Made by a program: the position numbers and the translations under genes. Source: an uncultured Bacteroidales bacterium (GTDB lineage: Bacteria; Bacteroidota; Bacteroidia; Bacteroidales; VadinHA17). Taken from it: a stretch of 64,000 bases of DNA. This document shows positions 22,188 to 31,880 of the stretch, in pieces. Where the stretch lies: assembly GCA_963778605.1 (NCBI GenBank), contig CAVZVF010000001.1, forward strand, positions 788,097 through 852,096. Reading direction: 5' to 3'. Each line of letters begins with the position of its first letter. Position 1 is the first letter of the stretch. Under the pieces are notes generated by a model. It had not been told where the DNA came from. It saw nothing but the letters and a program-made list of their open reading frames with translations, and did not search any database.

Positions 22188-22193
22188 TTTTAT

Positions 22194-24412
22194 TTATTTT
22201 AACCAATCACTGAAAAGATCATAAGGCTTCCCGGTTGATTCCGGCGTTTCAATGATCAATTGTCCGCCGGCATTCTTCGATTTGTAAGAAGTACGGATTA
22301 TTTCAAGATCTTCATTAATGCTTTTCTGGTCAGTTTTTTCACCATTCCCGTCAGTTGTACCGGCCATCATAAGTTTTCTTGGAGCCAGGCTGGCCTCAAG
22401 ATCAGGAAGATCGTAAGCTGTAAGGGCTCCCGGTACAAGGTTCTGTACAAAACCCGGGTAATAAAAGCGGTTCATAACAATTGACCGGTATGAAGAATAA
22501 GGTTCAATAAGTGCTACCCTTGTTATTTGCGGATCAAAAGCTGCAGCATAAAGCATCACCGGTGCCATCTCTTTCTTTGCAAGACCATATACTTCTGTTA
22601 TGCCCGTCCTTTTTTTAAGTAACCGTGTTAACCTGACAATATCACCGGCACGTATTCCCACTATGCTTCTGCCGATAATCATGGACGTATACCAGGTATT
22701 ATAAGAAATACCGCCAATTACTGCATCTCCCTTAAATGTCCCGGAACCCATTTCACCCATTCCGATCAGATCAGGTGCCAGTACCGTCAATCCATTTTTA
22801 ACAAACCATTCAATCTCTCCGCCTTCTGATGCATCGGCTGATTTATCTGAGGCATGCAGATAGATCAGAGATTTGTTATTTGGTTTATCAGGTATCATTA
22901 GCAGGTACGGAATGACATAATTACCTTCACCTTTGACAAAATATTTCTCAACCACATAACCCTCCCTTTGAAAACGCCCTGTGAACACCGGATCCTGAAC
23001 CGTCTGAGGGGCAATGTATCCTGAAAGCTTTTTAGCCGAATTTAATACCCCGGTAAGATATACAGGGAATTTTGCTCTTGACGCCTGTAACTTGCTGACC
23101 ATCTTTTCCGCTTCTTTTCGGTTAAGACTGAAAACAGTCTCTCCACCAAGGGAAGTGGAAAGTTGTCCGGTTGAAGTTTTCTGCAGCTCTTTGGCTGAAG
23201 GGAGATCAACCTGTTTCCTCAACCGGGGAACCCGGTAATTGAAGATGTTTCTGGAAAAATGCATACATGGCTTCCCGATTCTTCTTTGTATATCCGTGCC
23301 CGTTTTCGTCTTCAGTTATTTCGACATTGTCAGGCTTGCCGAATATTGTGTATGCATGTTTCAACTCAGCATAAGTTTCACGTGATCCCTGGATACTGAA
23401 AAAATCTCTTGTGGTAGCCATGATCAGAGTTGGTTTTGGCATCCTCACTTCAATAAAATCTGCATGGTCAATACCCCTGGAAAGCTCATGATAGAAATTT
23501 TGTTCCCCATCCTGAACGCCAATCGATTCGAGGAGCCGGCGATAGCTGGTTATGTAGCCCGCAGGTGCCGATGCCACAACACGGTCATCCAATGCTGAGA
23601 TATATGCAGTCTGTGTACCTCCGCCGGAAAGTCCATGAACACCTATTCTTTTGGGGTCCACCTCTTTCCGGCTTAAAAGGTAGTCGATACCCCTTATACC
23701 GTCCCAGATAAAATATCTTGCAACTGATTTACCAATTAGAAAAACCTGTACAGAAGGATAGGAGTGCTCAAGGGTGGAACTGCCGATTGTTGACTCACCT
23801 TTTACCGGATCAAAATATTGCAGGCGCTCACCCTGACCAATAGGATCAATAGCCAGGACAATAAATCCTTTCATAACCAGGTTTAACAGGGGTTGCTGGT
23901 ATAACTCCAGCCTGTAAACCCCTGTACTGTGTCCGCTGCAGAAAAGAATTGCCTGGTGCCGGCGTTTTTACATTATCCGGAATAAAAAGAGATGCTGTCA
24001 CATAAAAACCCGGGAGCGATTCATAGATGATGTTTTCAATTTTATAACCATTCTTCTTTACGGTTCCTGTGATCTTTGCATTTAAACTTGTTTTTTCAGT
24101 AAAGGGTCCGATTATATCCCACAATGTTTGTTTTACTGACGACTGTCGTTTCTGCCACTCACTCACAGTCTGAAGCTGTTTTATACCTTTAGCCCTTGTA
24201 TCAAGCATTTTAAAAGCTTCACCGGTGAGATAATGATACAACGAGTTGGGAGCATCGGTGTAAAGCAGCCAGTAATTCCTGATTACATCAAGATCATTCT
24301 GCTTCTGGCCATTGACCATGTTATTGGTCAGCAGCAGCAGGAGGAGTACTGCAAAAATTACAGTAAAAAAATTGGATTGCCTTTTGTAGATCTTGTAAAA
24401 TAGCTTTTTCAT
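22194..24412 (-). CDS. Two-domain alpha/beta-hydrolase (acetylxylan esterase-like), split by two frameshifts
   Basis: YESLPGFYVTASLFIP, IDPIGQGERLQY, nucleophile elbow GLSGGG, then a second degenerate hydrolase domain; ORFs 23846, 23206 and 22194. Confidence 0.8.
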
Positions 24413-24545
24413 TTTGTATAAATTTATTAAATGTATTTGATAAGTTCCCGGAGACTCTTTAAACAAGTATATTCATTTTGGACCAACTAATTGTGATACC
24501 GGTATATTTTACTTCCGGATTTATTTTACCCAGGTAAAAATTACA

Positions 24546-24579
24546 AATTCACATTGCTTTGAATTCAAAAATGTGAATT
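24546..24579. promoter_or_regulatory. 34-bp near-perfect palindrome upstream of the esterase (possible operator)
   Basis: aattcacattgctttgaattcaaaaatgtgaatt. Confidence 0.35.
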
Positions 24580-24654
24580 AAGTAAAAAGTCCAATTACTT
24601 TATTTAAATGATGTGTTAATTAAATTAAATAAAAAATTGTTCACATTTTAAAAA

Positions 24655-24698
24655 TAAGAATAAAAGAGAAATACTGAACTTTTTTCAGTATTTCTCTT
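24655..24698 (-). terminator. Intrinsic terminator after susD
   Basis: Perfect 15-bp stem aagagaaatactgaa / ttcagtatttctctt with T-rich tail on the minus strand, about 20 bp after the susD stop. Confidence 0.75.
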
Positions 24699-24716
24699 CG
24701 AAAAAATTAATACCTT

Positions 24717-26405
24717 TTAATATCCCGGATTTTGAACCAGATTGGGATTCTTGTTTATCTCAGATTGAGGAATTGGTACGAGGTAATTTTTATCACTAAA
24801 AGCTCTGGTGAGAAAATTACTTACTGTATACGTCTTTACTCCTGTTGCCAGATTTTTATTAATAACCATTTTTCTACCTGGTATATTATCGGTTACAGGA
24901 GCTATTTTCCAGCGGCGTACATCAAAATAGCGATGCTCTTCAAAAACCAGCTCAATCTGACGTTCATGCTGAAGCCTTGTCAATAAGGCAGCACCGGTTT
25001 CGGTTACAGGTGGCATTTCCACTCCGGGCCGGCTTCTTATCATATTTATGTAAGTCCTGCAGGTAGCTTCATCTCCAAGCATTAATTTTGCTTCAGCATA
25101 ATTAAGCAATATTTCTGCATACCGGATAAATATCCATGGTGAGTTACCCTGGTTGGTGGAGGATGGATTAACTATCGACTCATTGATAAATTTTCTATAG
25201 TAATAACCCGTTGTAGTGGCATTATTAGCAGAAACAGGACCTTCGTTGGAATCTTTTCCCCCGGGAAGGAATGTTTCAACTCCACGACCCTGAAAAGGAG
25301 CCCCATCAAATAAAATGGTTGCATAGAACCGCGGGTCACGATTGACAAATGGATTTTGCGGATCGTAGTCAGGATCATCAGCCGGAAGCAGGCCATTTGT
25401 CATTTCAAAAACATCAACAAGGTTTTGCAGGGGGTGGGCCTGACCAAATCCATTGTAGCCATTTGGATACAGAGAAAGTTCTACACCACCATTGTTAAGT
25501 TCCGGATCGATAGAATAATTAAATGGTCTTGACCATATTGACTCGGAATTATATGAATTTGCCTGCAAAAACTGATCTTTATAATTGGCAAACAGAGAAT
25601 ATTTATTCAAATCAATAACAGCTTTTGCTGCATCTGCTGCTGCCTGCCATTTAGTCAGGTCATTCGACGGATTGTTTAATGGACTTGCCATGTATAATAG
25701 TGCCCTGGATTTAGCGCTGAGGGCAGCTCCCTTAGTGATTTTACCCTGATCGGCATTATTATATTCAACAGGCAACAAATTGGCTGCATCATCCAGTTCT
25801 CCGACAACGAAATTCATACATTCATCATATGTATTTCTTGAAACATCCAGGTTGTCTGTTAAGTTGAAAGGTTTTGTGATCAAAGGGACACCTCCGAAAA
25901 AAGAAACAAGCTTGAAATATGCATAGGCTCTTAAAAACTTCATTTCTCCAACCATTTGGTCCTTTAAAGAAGCATCAACAGGAGAAGCATCTATCTTATC
26001 GAAGAAGATATTGCAATTTGTAATGACTTTCCAGTAGCTGTAATTGGAACCCATTTCACCACCTGTTGTCCAGAAATCGAGCACACCCAAAGTAGTAGGA
26101 GTAATATTTCCTCCGACTATATAGTCTGGTCTGCCGGTCCTGTAATGTGATTCATCAGAAACGTTAGCGATCATCATAGCCCCATATGTATGTCCCTGTG
26201 GCATTTTTCTATAGGTGCTGTTAATCCAGGTCTGTATTAAGTTTTGATCTTTCCAGACTGCATCATCAGAGAAGCTGCTGAGAGGTGTCTTGTCGAGTAC
26301 ATCCTTGGTACAGGAGGAGATCATTGCTAATGACAGAATCAGTAGCATTTGATAAATAAAAGCAATCTTAGTCGCTTTACTTAAAAGCTTATATATTGAT
26401 TTCAT
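24717..26405 (-). CDS. SusD/RagB family lipoprotein
   Basis: Lipobox ISSC; GEMKFLRAYAYF, RYAEILLNYAEA, ERQIELVFEEHRYFDVRRW and QNPGY motifs. Confidence 0.95.
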   Translation of the reverse strand: MKSIYKLLSKATKIAFIYQMLLILSLAMISSCTKDVLDKTPLSSFSDDAVWKDQNLIQTWINSTYRKMPQGHTYGAMMIANVSDESHYRTGRPDYIVGGNITPTTLGVLDFWTTGGEMGSNYSYWKVITNCNIFFDKIDASPVDASLKDQMVGEMKFLRAYAYFKLVSFFGGVPLITKPFNLTDNLDVSRNTYDECMNFVVGELDDAANLLPVEYNNADQGKITKGAALSAKSRALLYMASPLNNPSNDLTKWQAAADAAKAVIDLNKYSLFANYKDQFLQANSYNSESIWSRPFNYSIDPELNNGGVELSLYPNGYNGFGQAHPLQNLVDVFEMTNGLLPADDPDYDPQNPFVNRDPRFYATILFDGAPFQGRGVETFLPGGKDSNEGPVSANNATTTGYYYRKFINESIVNPSSTNQGNSPWIFIRYAEILLNYAEAKLMLGDEATCRTYINMIRSRPGVEMPPVTETGAALLTRLQHERQIELVFEEHRYFDVRRWKIAPVTDNIPGRKMVINKNLATGVKTYTVSNFLTRAFSDKNYLVPIPQSEINKNPNLVQNPGY

Positions 26406-26416
26406 AACCGTAATTG

Positions 26417-29400
26417 TTAAAAGCTTATGTTTATTCCTAAATTATAAATTTTGCTCTGAGGATAGAAAGAACCATTCTGTTGAATATTTTCTGGATCGAC
26501 CCATTTCAGTTTATCAATTGTAAACAGGTTATTTCCATTTAAATATACCCTCATGGAACTGATTTTAACCCTCGATAAAAAGTTAGCAGGTAAGGTATAT
26601 GAGAGTTCCAGTGTTTTTAACCTTGCGTACGCAGAATTTCTCATCCAGAATGTTGAATGAAGACCGCTGGGTTCTGACTCTGTGGACAATGTTGGTAACC
26701 AGGGATACTTTGAGTTCATGCTTCCGGGCGTATAACGGTTTTCAATTACTTCTGCAAGGTTATTATCGGTAAGTCTGCAATCGAGTACATAATATTGCCA
26801 TACCTGGGTTGCTCCTACAAAATTTGCCCACAGTGAGAAATTTTTGTAACTGGCAGATAAATTAACACCAGCTGTAACTCTGGGGATGTTGGTTTCATCC
26901 GTTCTGACCTGGTCCCCGGCATCTATAATGCCATTCCCGTTAATATCAGCATATTTAAGATCGCCAACTATTGAACCTGGCCAATGAGGACTGGCATCAA
27001 GGTCCGCCTGAGTTCTGAATATTCCGATTGCCTGATACATCAGGTCAGCTCCAAGAACATGGCCTTTTTCCTTTTGCCAATCCGGAACATTCTGTGCTTC
27101 AGCAAGATCAAGAACTTTACTCCTTGCATAGGCAACGTTTCCGGCAATTCTGTAAGTGAAATCACCAATTGTTCTGGTATGCGATAATTGAATTTCAAAG
27201 CCTTTGTTTTCCACACTGCCAATATTTTCAGCAGGTAAGATTAGACCTGTATAAGCCGGAATTGCAAGGACCCTGGTAGTTAAGATGTTTGATCTGATTT
27301 GTTTAAAAACATCCACACTTAAGCCTAAAAGACCTTTCCAGAAACTGGCATCAAGACCTATATTTGATAATTTTGCAACCTCCCATGTAAAATTAGGATT
27401 TGGTGTAACTCCGGCAGCAAGCCCTTGTGTTCCAAATGGTGATTTCCCATATACATATCCCTGACTGTTAAGGTTATAAAGTCTTAAATTCTGAAATGCA
27501 GCAATTGCATCATTTCCCACCTGTCCATAAGATGCTCTTAGTTTCAAATTGGTAATATACCCAAGGTTGTTTTTTATAAAATTTTCCTCTGAGATACGCC
27601 ATCCCACTGATATCCCGGGGAATAAGCCCCATTGTTTTCCCTTAGGAAAATTAGAAGAGCCATCATATCTGAGATTAAAATCCAGAAGGTATTTGTCTTT
27701 ATAGCCATAATTGATACGTCCAAAAAAGTTCTTTCTTCCACTTTCATAGCTTGTTCCATCGGTTCGCTGATCGATAAGACTGCCTGCAAATATTTCATCG
27801 ATTGTGGAAGAGAGATAATTTTTTCTGAAGGCACTGAACCCGGTTGATCTATAGTCCGATTGTTCCATAGCAATAAAGGTGCTGATACGATGATCTTTAA
27901 ACACGTTCTCATATTTAATGCGAAGATTATATAAAGTGCTTTTGCCGGTGCTGATTGATTCAGTAAGTTGGGGCGCCAGAATTCCGCCTCCTGTCACAGG
28001 AATATACGTATCGGTTCCTTTATCATAATTATAAACCGTAAATGGTGTTTGCCAGAGCTTTCTTGTTGATTCATCTTTACTGTAGGCAAAATATCCGTCA
28101 ACACCCAATCCTTTTACCCCGGGAATTTTTAAGTCGAAGGAGCCTTTTATTGAGGTGCGGTCAACATTATTGCCATCATTCCCCCAGGCAGAAGTAGCCA
28201 TAATAGCCGGATTGGCTCCACCTTCTATACCGGCAGATGGCAACCCGTTTGGCCAATACACAGGGTAAAAGGGGACCTGTCTTAGAGCATTAAAGTCTGA
28301 TGATGCATAATTACCAATCTGATAAGAATTGTTCAGATCAAAACCAACCTTTAAATATTTATTAACCTGTGCGTCGACATTACTACGTACAGAATAAGTT
28401 TTAAAGTTGAGGACTCCATTTTTAAAAATTCCATCTTCATTTGAATAGGATCCTGAAACTGAATATTTTATAGCTTCAGTACCTCCTCTGATGCTTAAGT
28501 TATGCTGACTCTGCATAGTTGTTTTTCTTAAAACCTCTTTATACCAGTCATAGTTTCCATAGTTGACCGGATCACTACCATCCCTGAATTTCTGGATTTC
28601 TGCATCTGTATACTTGGGGGCTTGTCCCTGACGAACCAGAACGTCATTGACGTATTGTGCAAAAGTTGGAGAGTCTGCCAGTTTAGGTAACCTTGTTGGC
28701 TGACTGATCCCAACGTTGACCGAGTAATCAATTGTAGGTTTGCCCAGAGTTCCTCTTTTGGTAGTTATAAGAATAACTCCGTTCGCTGCTCTTGCACCAT
28801 AGATGGCAGCAGAAGCATCTTTTAATATTGAAATCGATTCAATATCGTTCGGATTTATCCTTTCCCATCCTCCACCGCCCTGTATACCATCAATTACAAT
28901 TAATGGGCTAGTATCACCGGTAGTGCTGCTACCGCGAATTAAAATGGAAGCATCATCCCTGCCAGGTTCTCCGGAACTGGTTTTTGTTATAACTCCGGGC
29001 AGTAATCCTTCAATAGAATTTGACAGGTTTGTTAAGGGACTGGTTTTAATTTCAGTACTATTAACAGCAGCAACAGATCCGGTTAAGGTGACTTTCCGTT
29101 GTGATCCGTAGCCAACAACAACAACTTCATTAAGGCTTTGAGTATTTGATACCAGTGATACATCAATTACAGATTTCCCTGCTACCGGAATTTCTGCAGA
29201 ACCATATCCGATGAACGAAAATACCAGTATAGTATTTTTGTCAGATACTGATATTGAGTATTTCCCATTTTCATCGGTGAGGGTACCAATCGGTGAACCT
29301 TTAACAACTATGGTTACTCCAATCATAGCTTCACCGGTCTGGCTATCGGTAACCTTTCCGGTAACCACCTGCTGTTGCATATTTACAAGAGCATCTGATT

Positions 29401-29629
29401 TTATGTTGAACAGGGGCGGCGAGAAGTTTAATTTTTCGATACCGTTGCGGGTCTTTATAAGTTCAGTTTCCGGAAAATTATGAAAAGAACCCGATTTATT
29501 CGAATATACATCATCGGCAAGTATTTGCAGAATCCCTGAAATCAGGAGTATGACAGTAATACTTAATATTCGTAAGACATTTTTCAGCGAACGATAAATC
29601 AATTCTCTGAAAGGCATATTTTTTTTCAT
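26417..29629 (-). CDS. SusC/RagA family TonB-dependent transporter
   Basis: CarboxypepD-like domain, VVVGYGSQ, KDASAAIYGARAANGVILITTKRG, RYDGSSNF and terminal F. Confidence 0.96.
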   Translation of the reverse strand: MKKNMPFRELIYRSLKNVLRILSITVILLISGILQILADDVYSNKSGSFHNFPETELIKTRNGIEKLNFSPPLFNIKSDALVNMQQQVVTGKVTDSQTGEAMIGVTIVVKGSPIGTLTDENGKYSISVSDKNTILVFSFIGYGSAEIPVAGKSVIDVSLVSNTQSLNEVVVVGYGSQRKVTLTGSVAAVNSTEIKTSPLTNLSNSIEGLLPGVITKTSSGEPGRDDASILIRGSSTTGDTSPLIVIDGIQGGGGWERINPNDIESISILKDASAAIYGARAANGVILITTKRGTLGKPTIDYSVNVGISQPTRLPKLADSPTFAQYVNDVLVRQGQAPKYTDAEIQKFRDGSDPVNYGNYDWYKEVLRKTTMQSQHNLSIRGGTEAIKYSVSGSYSNEDGIFKNGVLNFKTYSVRSNVDAQVNKYLKVGFDLNNSYQIGNYASSDFNALRQVPFYPVYWPNGLPSAGIEGGANPAIMATSAWGNDGNNVDRTSIKGSFDLKIPGVKGLGVDGYFAYSKDESTRKLWQTPFTVYNYDKGTDTYIPVTGGGILAPQLTESISTGKSTLYNLRIKYENVFKDHRISTFIAMEQSDYRSTGFSAFRKNYLSSTIDEIFAGSLIDQRTDGTSYESGRKNFFGRINYGYKDKYLLDFNLRYDGSSNFPKGKQWGLFPGISVGWRISEENFIKNNLGYITNLKLRASYGQVGNDAIAAFQNLRLYNLNSQGYVYGKSPFGTQGLAAGVTPNPNFTWEVAKLSNIGLDASFWKGLLGLSVDVFKQIRSNILTTRVLAIPAYTGLILPAENIGSVENKGFEIQLSHTRTIGDFTYRIAGNVAYARSKVLDLAEAQNVPDWQKEKGHVLGADLMYQAIGIFRTQADLDASPHWPGSIVGDLKYADINGNGIIDAGDQVRTDETNIPRVTAGVNLSASYKNFSLWANFVGATQVWQYYVLDCRLTDNNLAEVIENRYTPGSMNSKYPWLPTLSTESEPSGLHSTFWMRNSAYARLKTLELSYTLPANFLSRVKISSMRVYLNGNNLFTIDKLKWVDPENIQQNGSFYPQSKIYNLGINISF

Positions 29630-30364
29630 AAAATGATATGAATTAAATTAAATAATTTCGAAATGGTGTTTTAAGGATTGTTTAAGGAATTTTCCTTTTT
29701 TAAGTTTCTGCATCAAGGCCCCTTGATTGTTTCCATTGGTTTTGGTTTATCAGGTTAGTATTATTATTTAATTCTAAGGAATTGTCCCCCTCAGACTTGT
29801 TGAAAATTTTCATATGAACTCCCATGTTCCGCAGGCGTGATTTTTTTATCCGGACCATTAGTCCGGTTGTAATTTGTGACATTTATGTTAATCAATTACT
29901 TATGATAAGTAGATGAATGACCAACAAACAATTGCATCTTATGATAGTTTTTAACATGGTTCTGCGTACCAATAAACCAAACAAAAAATAAATATTTTTG
30001 TTTAAAAATTAAATGAATTTACATGGTGCGTACCAGATGCACCTTGAAGCAAAATATCAATTACAGCCTGGGTGGCAGGATGTTTAGGGATTATACATGA
30101 CTAATTTGATTAATGTAACTATTTAAAATATCTTTGGATTATCAGAACTATTGCACAATTGATTTTATAACATTGCTGATTTAAGACATTCATAACTGAA
30201 AAAGCATATTCATGGATAAGGCGGGGAGTGGTTGCCGGATATAAGGCCGGGCTGATTGATCCCGGGACATGAAAGAATGGAAATGATTCAGTGGAAATTA
30301 AACACACTTTGTAATTAATCTTAAAATTTTGTAATTTTTTGATCATTAAAAAAAGGAGGTAAAA

Positions 30365-31705
30365 ATGAAATCTTTAAAGCGTCGTGAATTTATCAGAAAA
30401 TCAATCATTGTTTCGGGAGGCGTGGCTATCGGAGCTCCTGCATACATTAAAGGATATGTGCAAAACAAGCCAAGCGACATGGTTAATGTTGCAGTTTCGG
30501 GGATAAACAGCCGTGGCGGAGCGCATATATCAAACTTTACCAAGATCAAAAATTCGCGTGTGGTTGCTTTGTGCGATGTTGATCAGAATCTTTTTCCAGG
30601 CATGGTCAGCAACATTGAAAAGCAGGGTGGGGTTAAGCCCAGAACTGTTGTGGACTTCCGTGAGCTTCTGGATGATAAGGATATAGATGCAGTCTCTATT
30701 GCAGTGCCGGACTACTGGCATTCTCTTCAAACCATATGGGCCTGCCAGGCAGGAAAAGACGTTTATGTCGAAAAACCGCTTTCATGGTCGTTAGTGGAAG
30801 GAAGAAAAATGGTACAGGCTGCCAGAAAATACAACAGGATAGTACAGGTAGGAACACAATACAGAAGCGCCAGGGTAACACAGAAGGCAATACAAATGCT
30901 CCATGAGGGTGCAATAGGGGATATTTATATGGGCCGCGGAATTGTGTATGGCTTTCGCGGAAATATTGGAAGGGTACCGGATAGTCCTGTTCCGGAAGGT
31001 GTCGACTGGGATCTTTTCAGGGGACCGGCACCAATGATCCCGTTCAACAAGAATCATTTCCTTTATAACTGGCACTGGTACTGGGATACATCTACCGGAG
31101 AATTCGGGAACAATGGTGTCCACTATATGGACAGGGTCAGATGGGCAATGAAAAAAGATGTACACCCGGTTAAAATAAGCTGCTCCGGAGGCTTTTATGC
31201 TTGGGATTCAGACCAGGAAGTGCCTAATCTTCAGGTTGCCACTTTTGAATATGCTGACGGCACAATTATGGAATTGGAGGTAAGGAGTTTGTATACTCCT
31301 GAAGAGGCTGATAGTATTATCTTACTTGGTACAAAAGGATACGCCCAGCTTGGCACGAATTTTCAAATATTTCTTGGTAATAAAAAGGAACCGGCGGTAA
31401 ATATCACTTCAAAAGACCTTGAGGAAGATCCCAGGCGGGCTGAATTGGAAAAAGCCAGGATAGAATTCCATTTTGTGAATTTTCTTGATTGTGTGAAGAG
31501 CCGCAAGTGGCAGGATCTGAATGCAGATGTGGAACAGGGGCATATGTCAACAGCAATGATGCATTTGGGAAATATTGCTTACAAGACAGGAAGAAAATTA
31601 ACCTTTGATGGAAAAGCCGAAAAATTTGTGAATGATAACGGTGCAAACAAATATCTGTCTCGGCAGGTAGAAAGGAAACCTTTTATTTTGCCAAAAAATG
31701 TTTGA
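30365..31705 (+). CDS. Tat-exported Gfo/Idh/MocA oxidoreductase
   Basis: KRREFIRK Tat motif; GINSRG, PDYWH, GKDVYVEKP and NNGVHYMD motifs. Confidence 0.92.
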   Translation: MKSLKRREFIRKSIIVSGGVAIGAPAYIKGYVQNKPSDMVNVAVSGINSRGGAHISNFTKIKNSRVVALCDVDQNLFPGMVSNIEKQGGVKPRTVVDFRELLDDKDIDAVSIAVPDYWHSLQTIWACQAGKDVYVEKPLSWSLVEGRKMVQAARKYNRIVQVGTQYRSARVTQKAIQMLHEGAIGDIYMGRGIVYGFRGNIGRVPDSPVPEGVDWDLFRGPAPMIPFNKNHFLYNWHWYWDTSTGEFGNNGVHYMDRVRWAMKKDVHPVKISCSGGFYAWDSDQEVPNLQVATFEYADGTIMELEVRSLYTPEEADSIILLGTKGYAQLGTNFQIFLGNKKEPAVNITSKDLEEDPRRAELEKARIEFHFVNFLDCVKSRKWQDLNADVEQGHMSTAMMHLGNIAYKTGRKLTFDGKAEKFVNDNGANKYLSRQVERKPFILPKNV

Positions 31706-31725
31706 AAAACAAACTTTTATAAATA

Positions 31726-31876
31726 AATTAATTTAACATTTTTAGGTAATAAATCGAGAAGAGGGGGTACAAAAAACAGATCCTTGATGTAGATCCTTCT
31801 ACCTGACATATATATGACCGGGATTTCATGAAACCCTGGAAGCGAGAGTATGAACCGGATTGGGAACCTATAATAT
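31726..31876. pseudogene. Chimeric relic of two Gfo/Idh/MocA genes
   Basis: 31726-31773 matches 36046-36094; 31774-31876 reads QILDVDPST*HIYDRDFMKPWKREYEPDWEP, homologous to the C-terminus of 43184..44533 (PILEVDPSSGHIFDRDAMKLWKREYEPGWEP). Confidence 0.8.
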
Positions 31877-31880
31877 ATAA

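Noticed and set aside
29700-30346. Small ORFs 29700..29882 and 30119..30346, or a riboswitch upstream of susC
   Set aside because: No protein motifs; only a short ccggac/gtccgg hairpin and no recognisable riboswitch consensus
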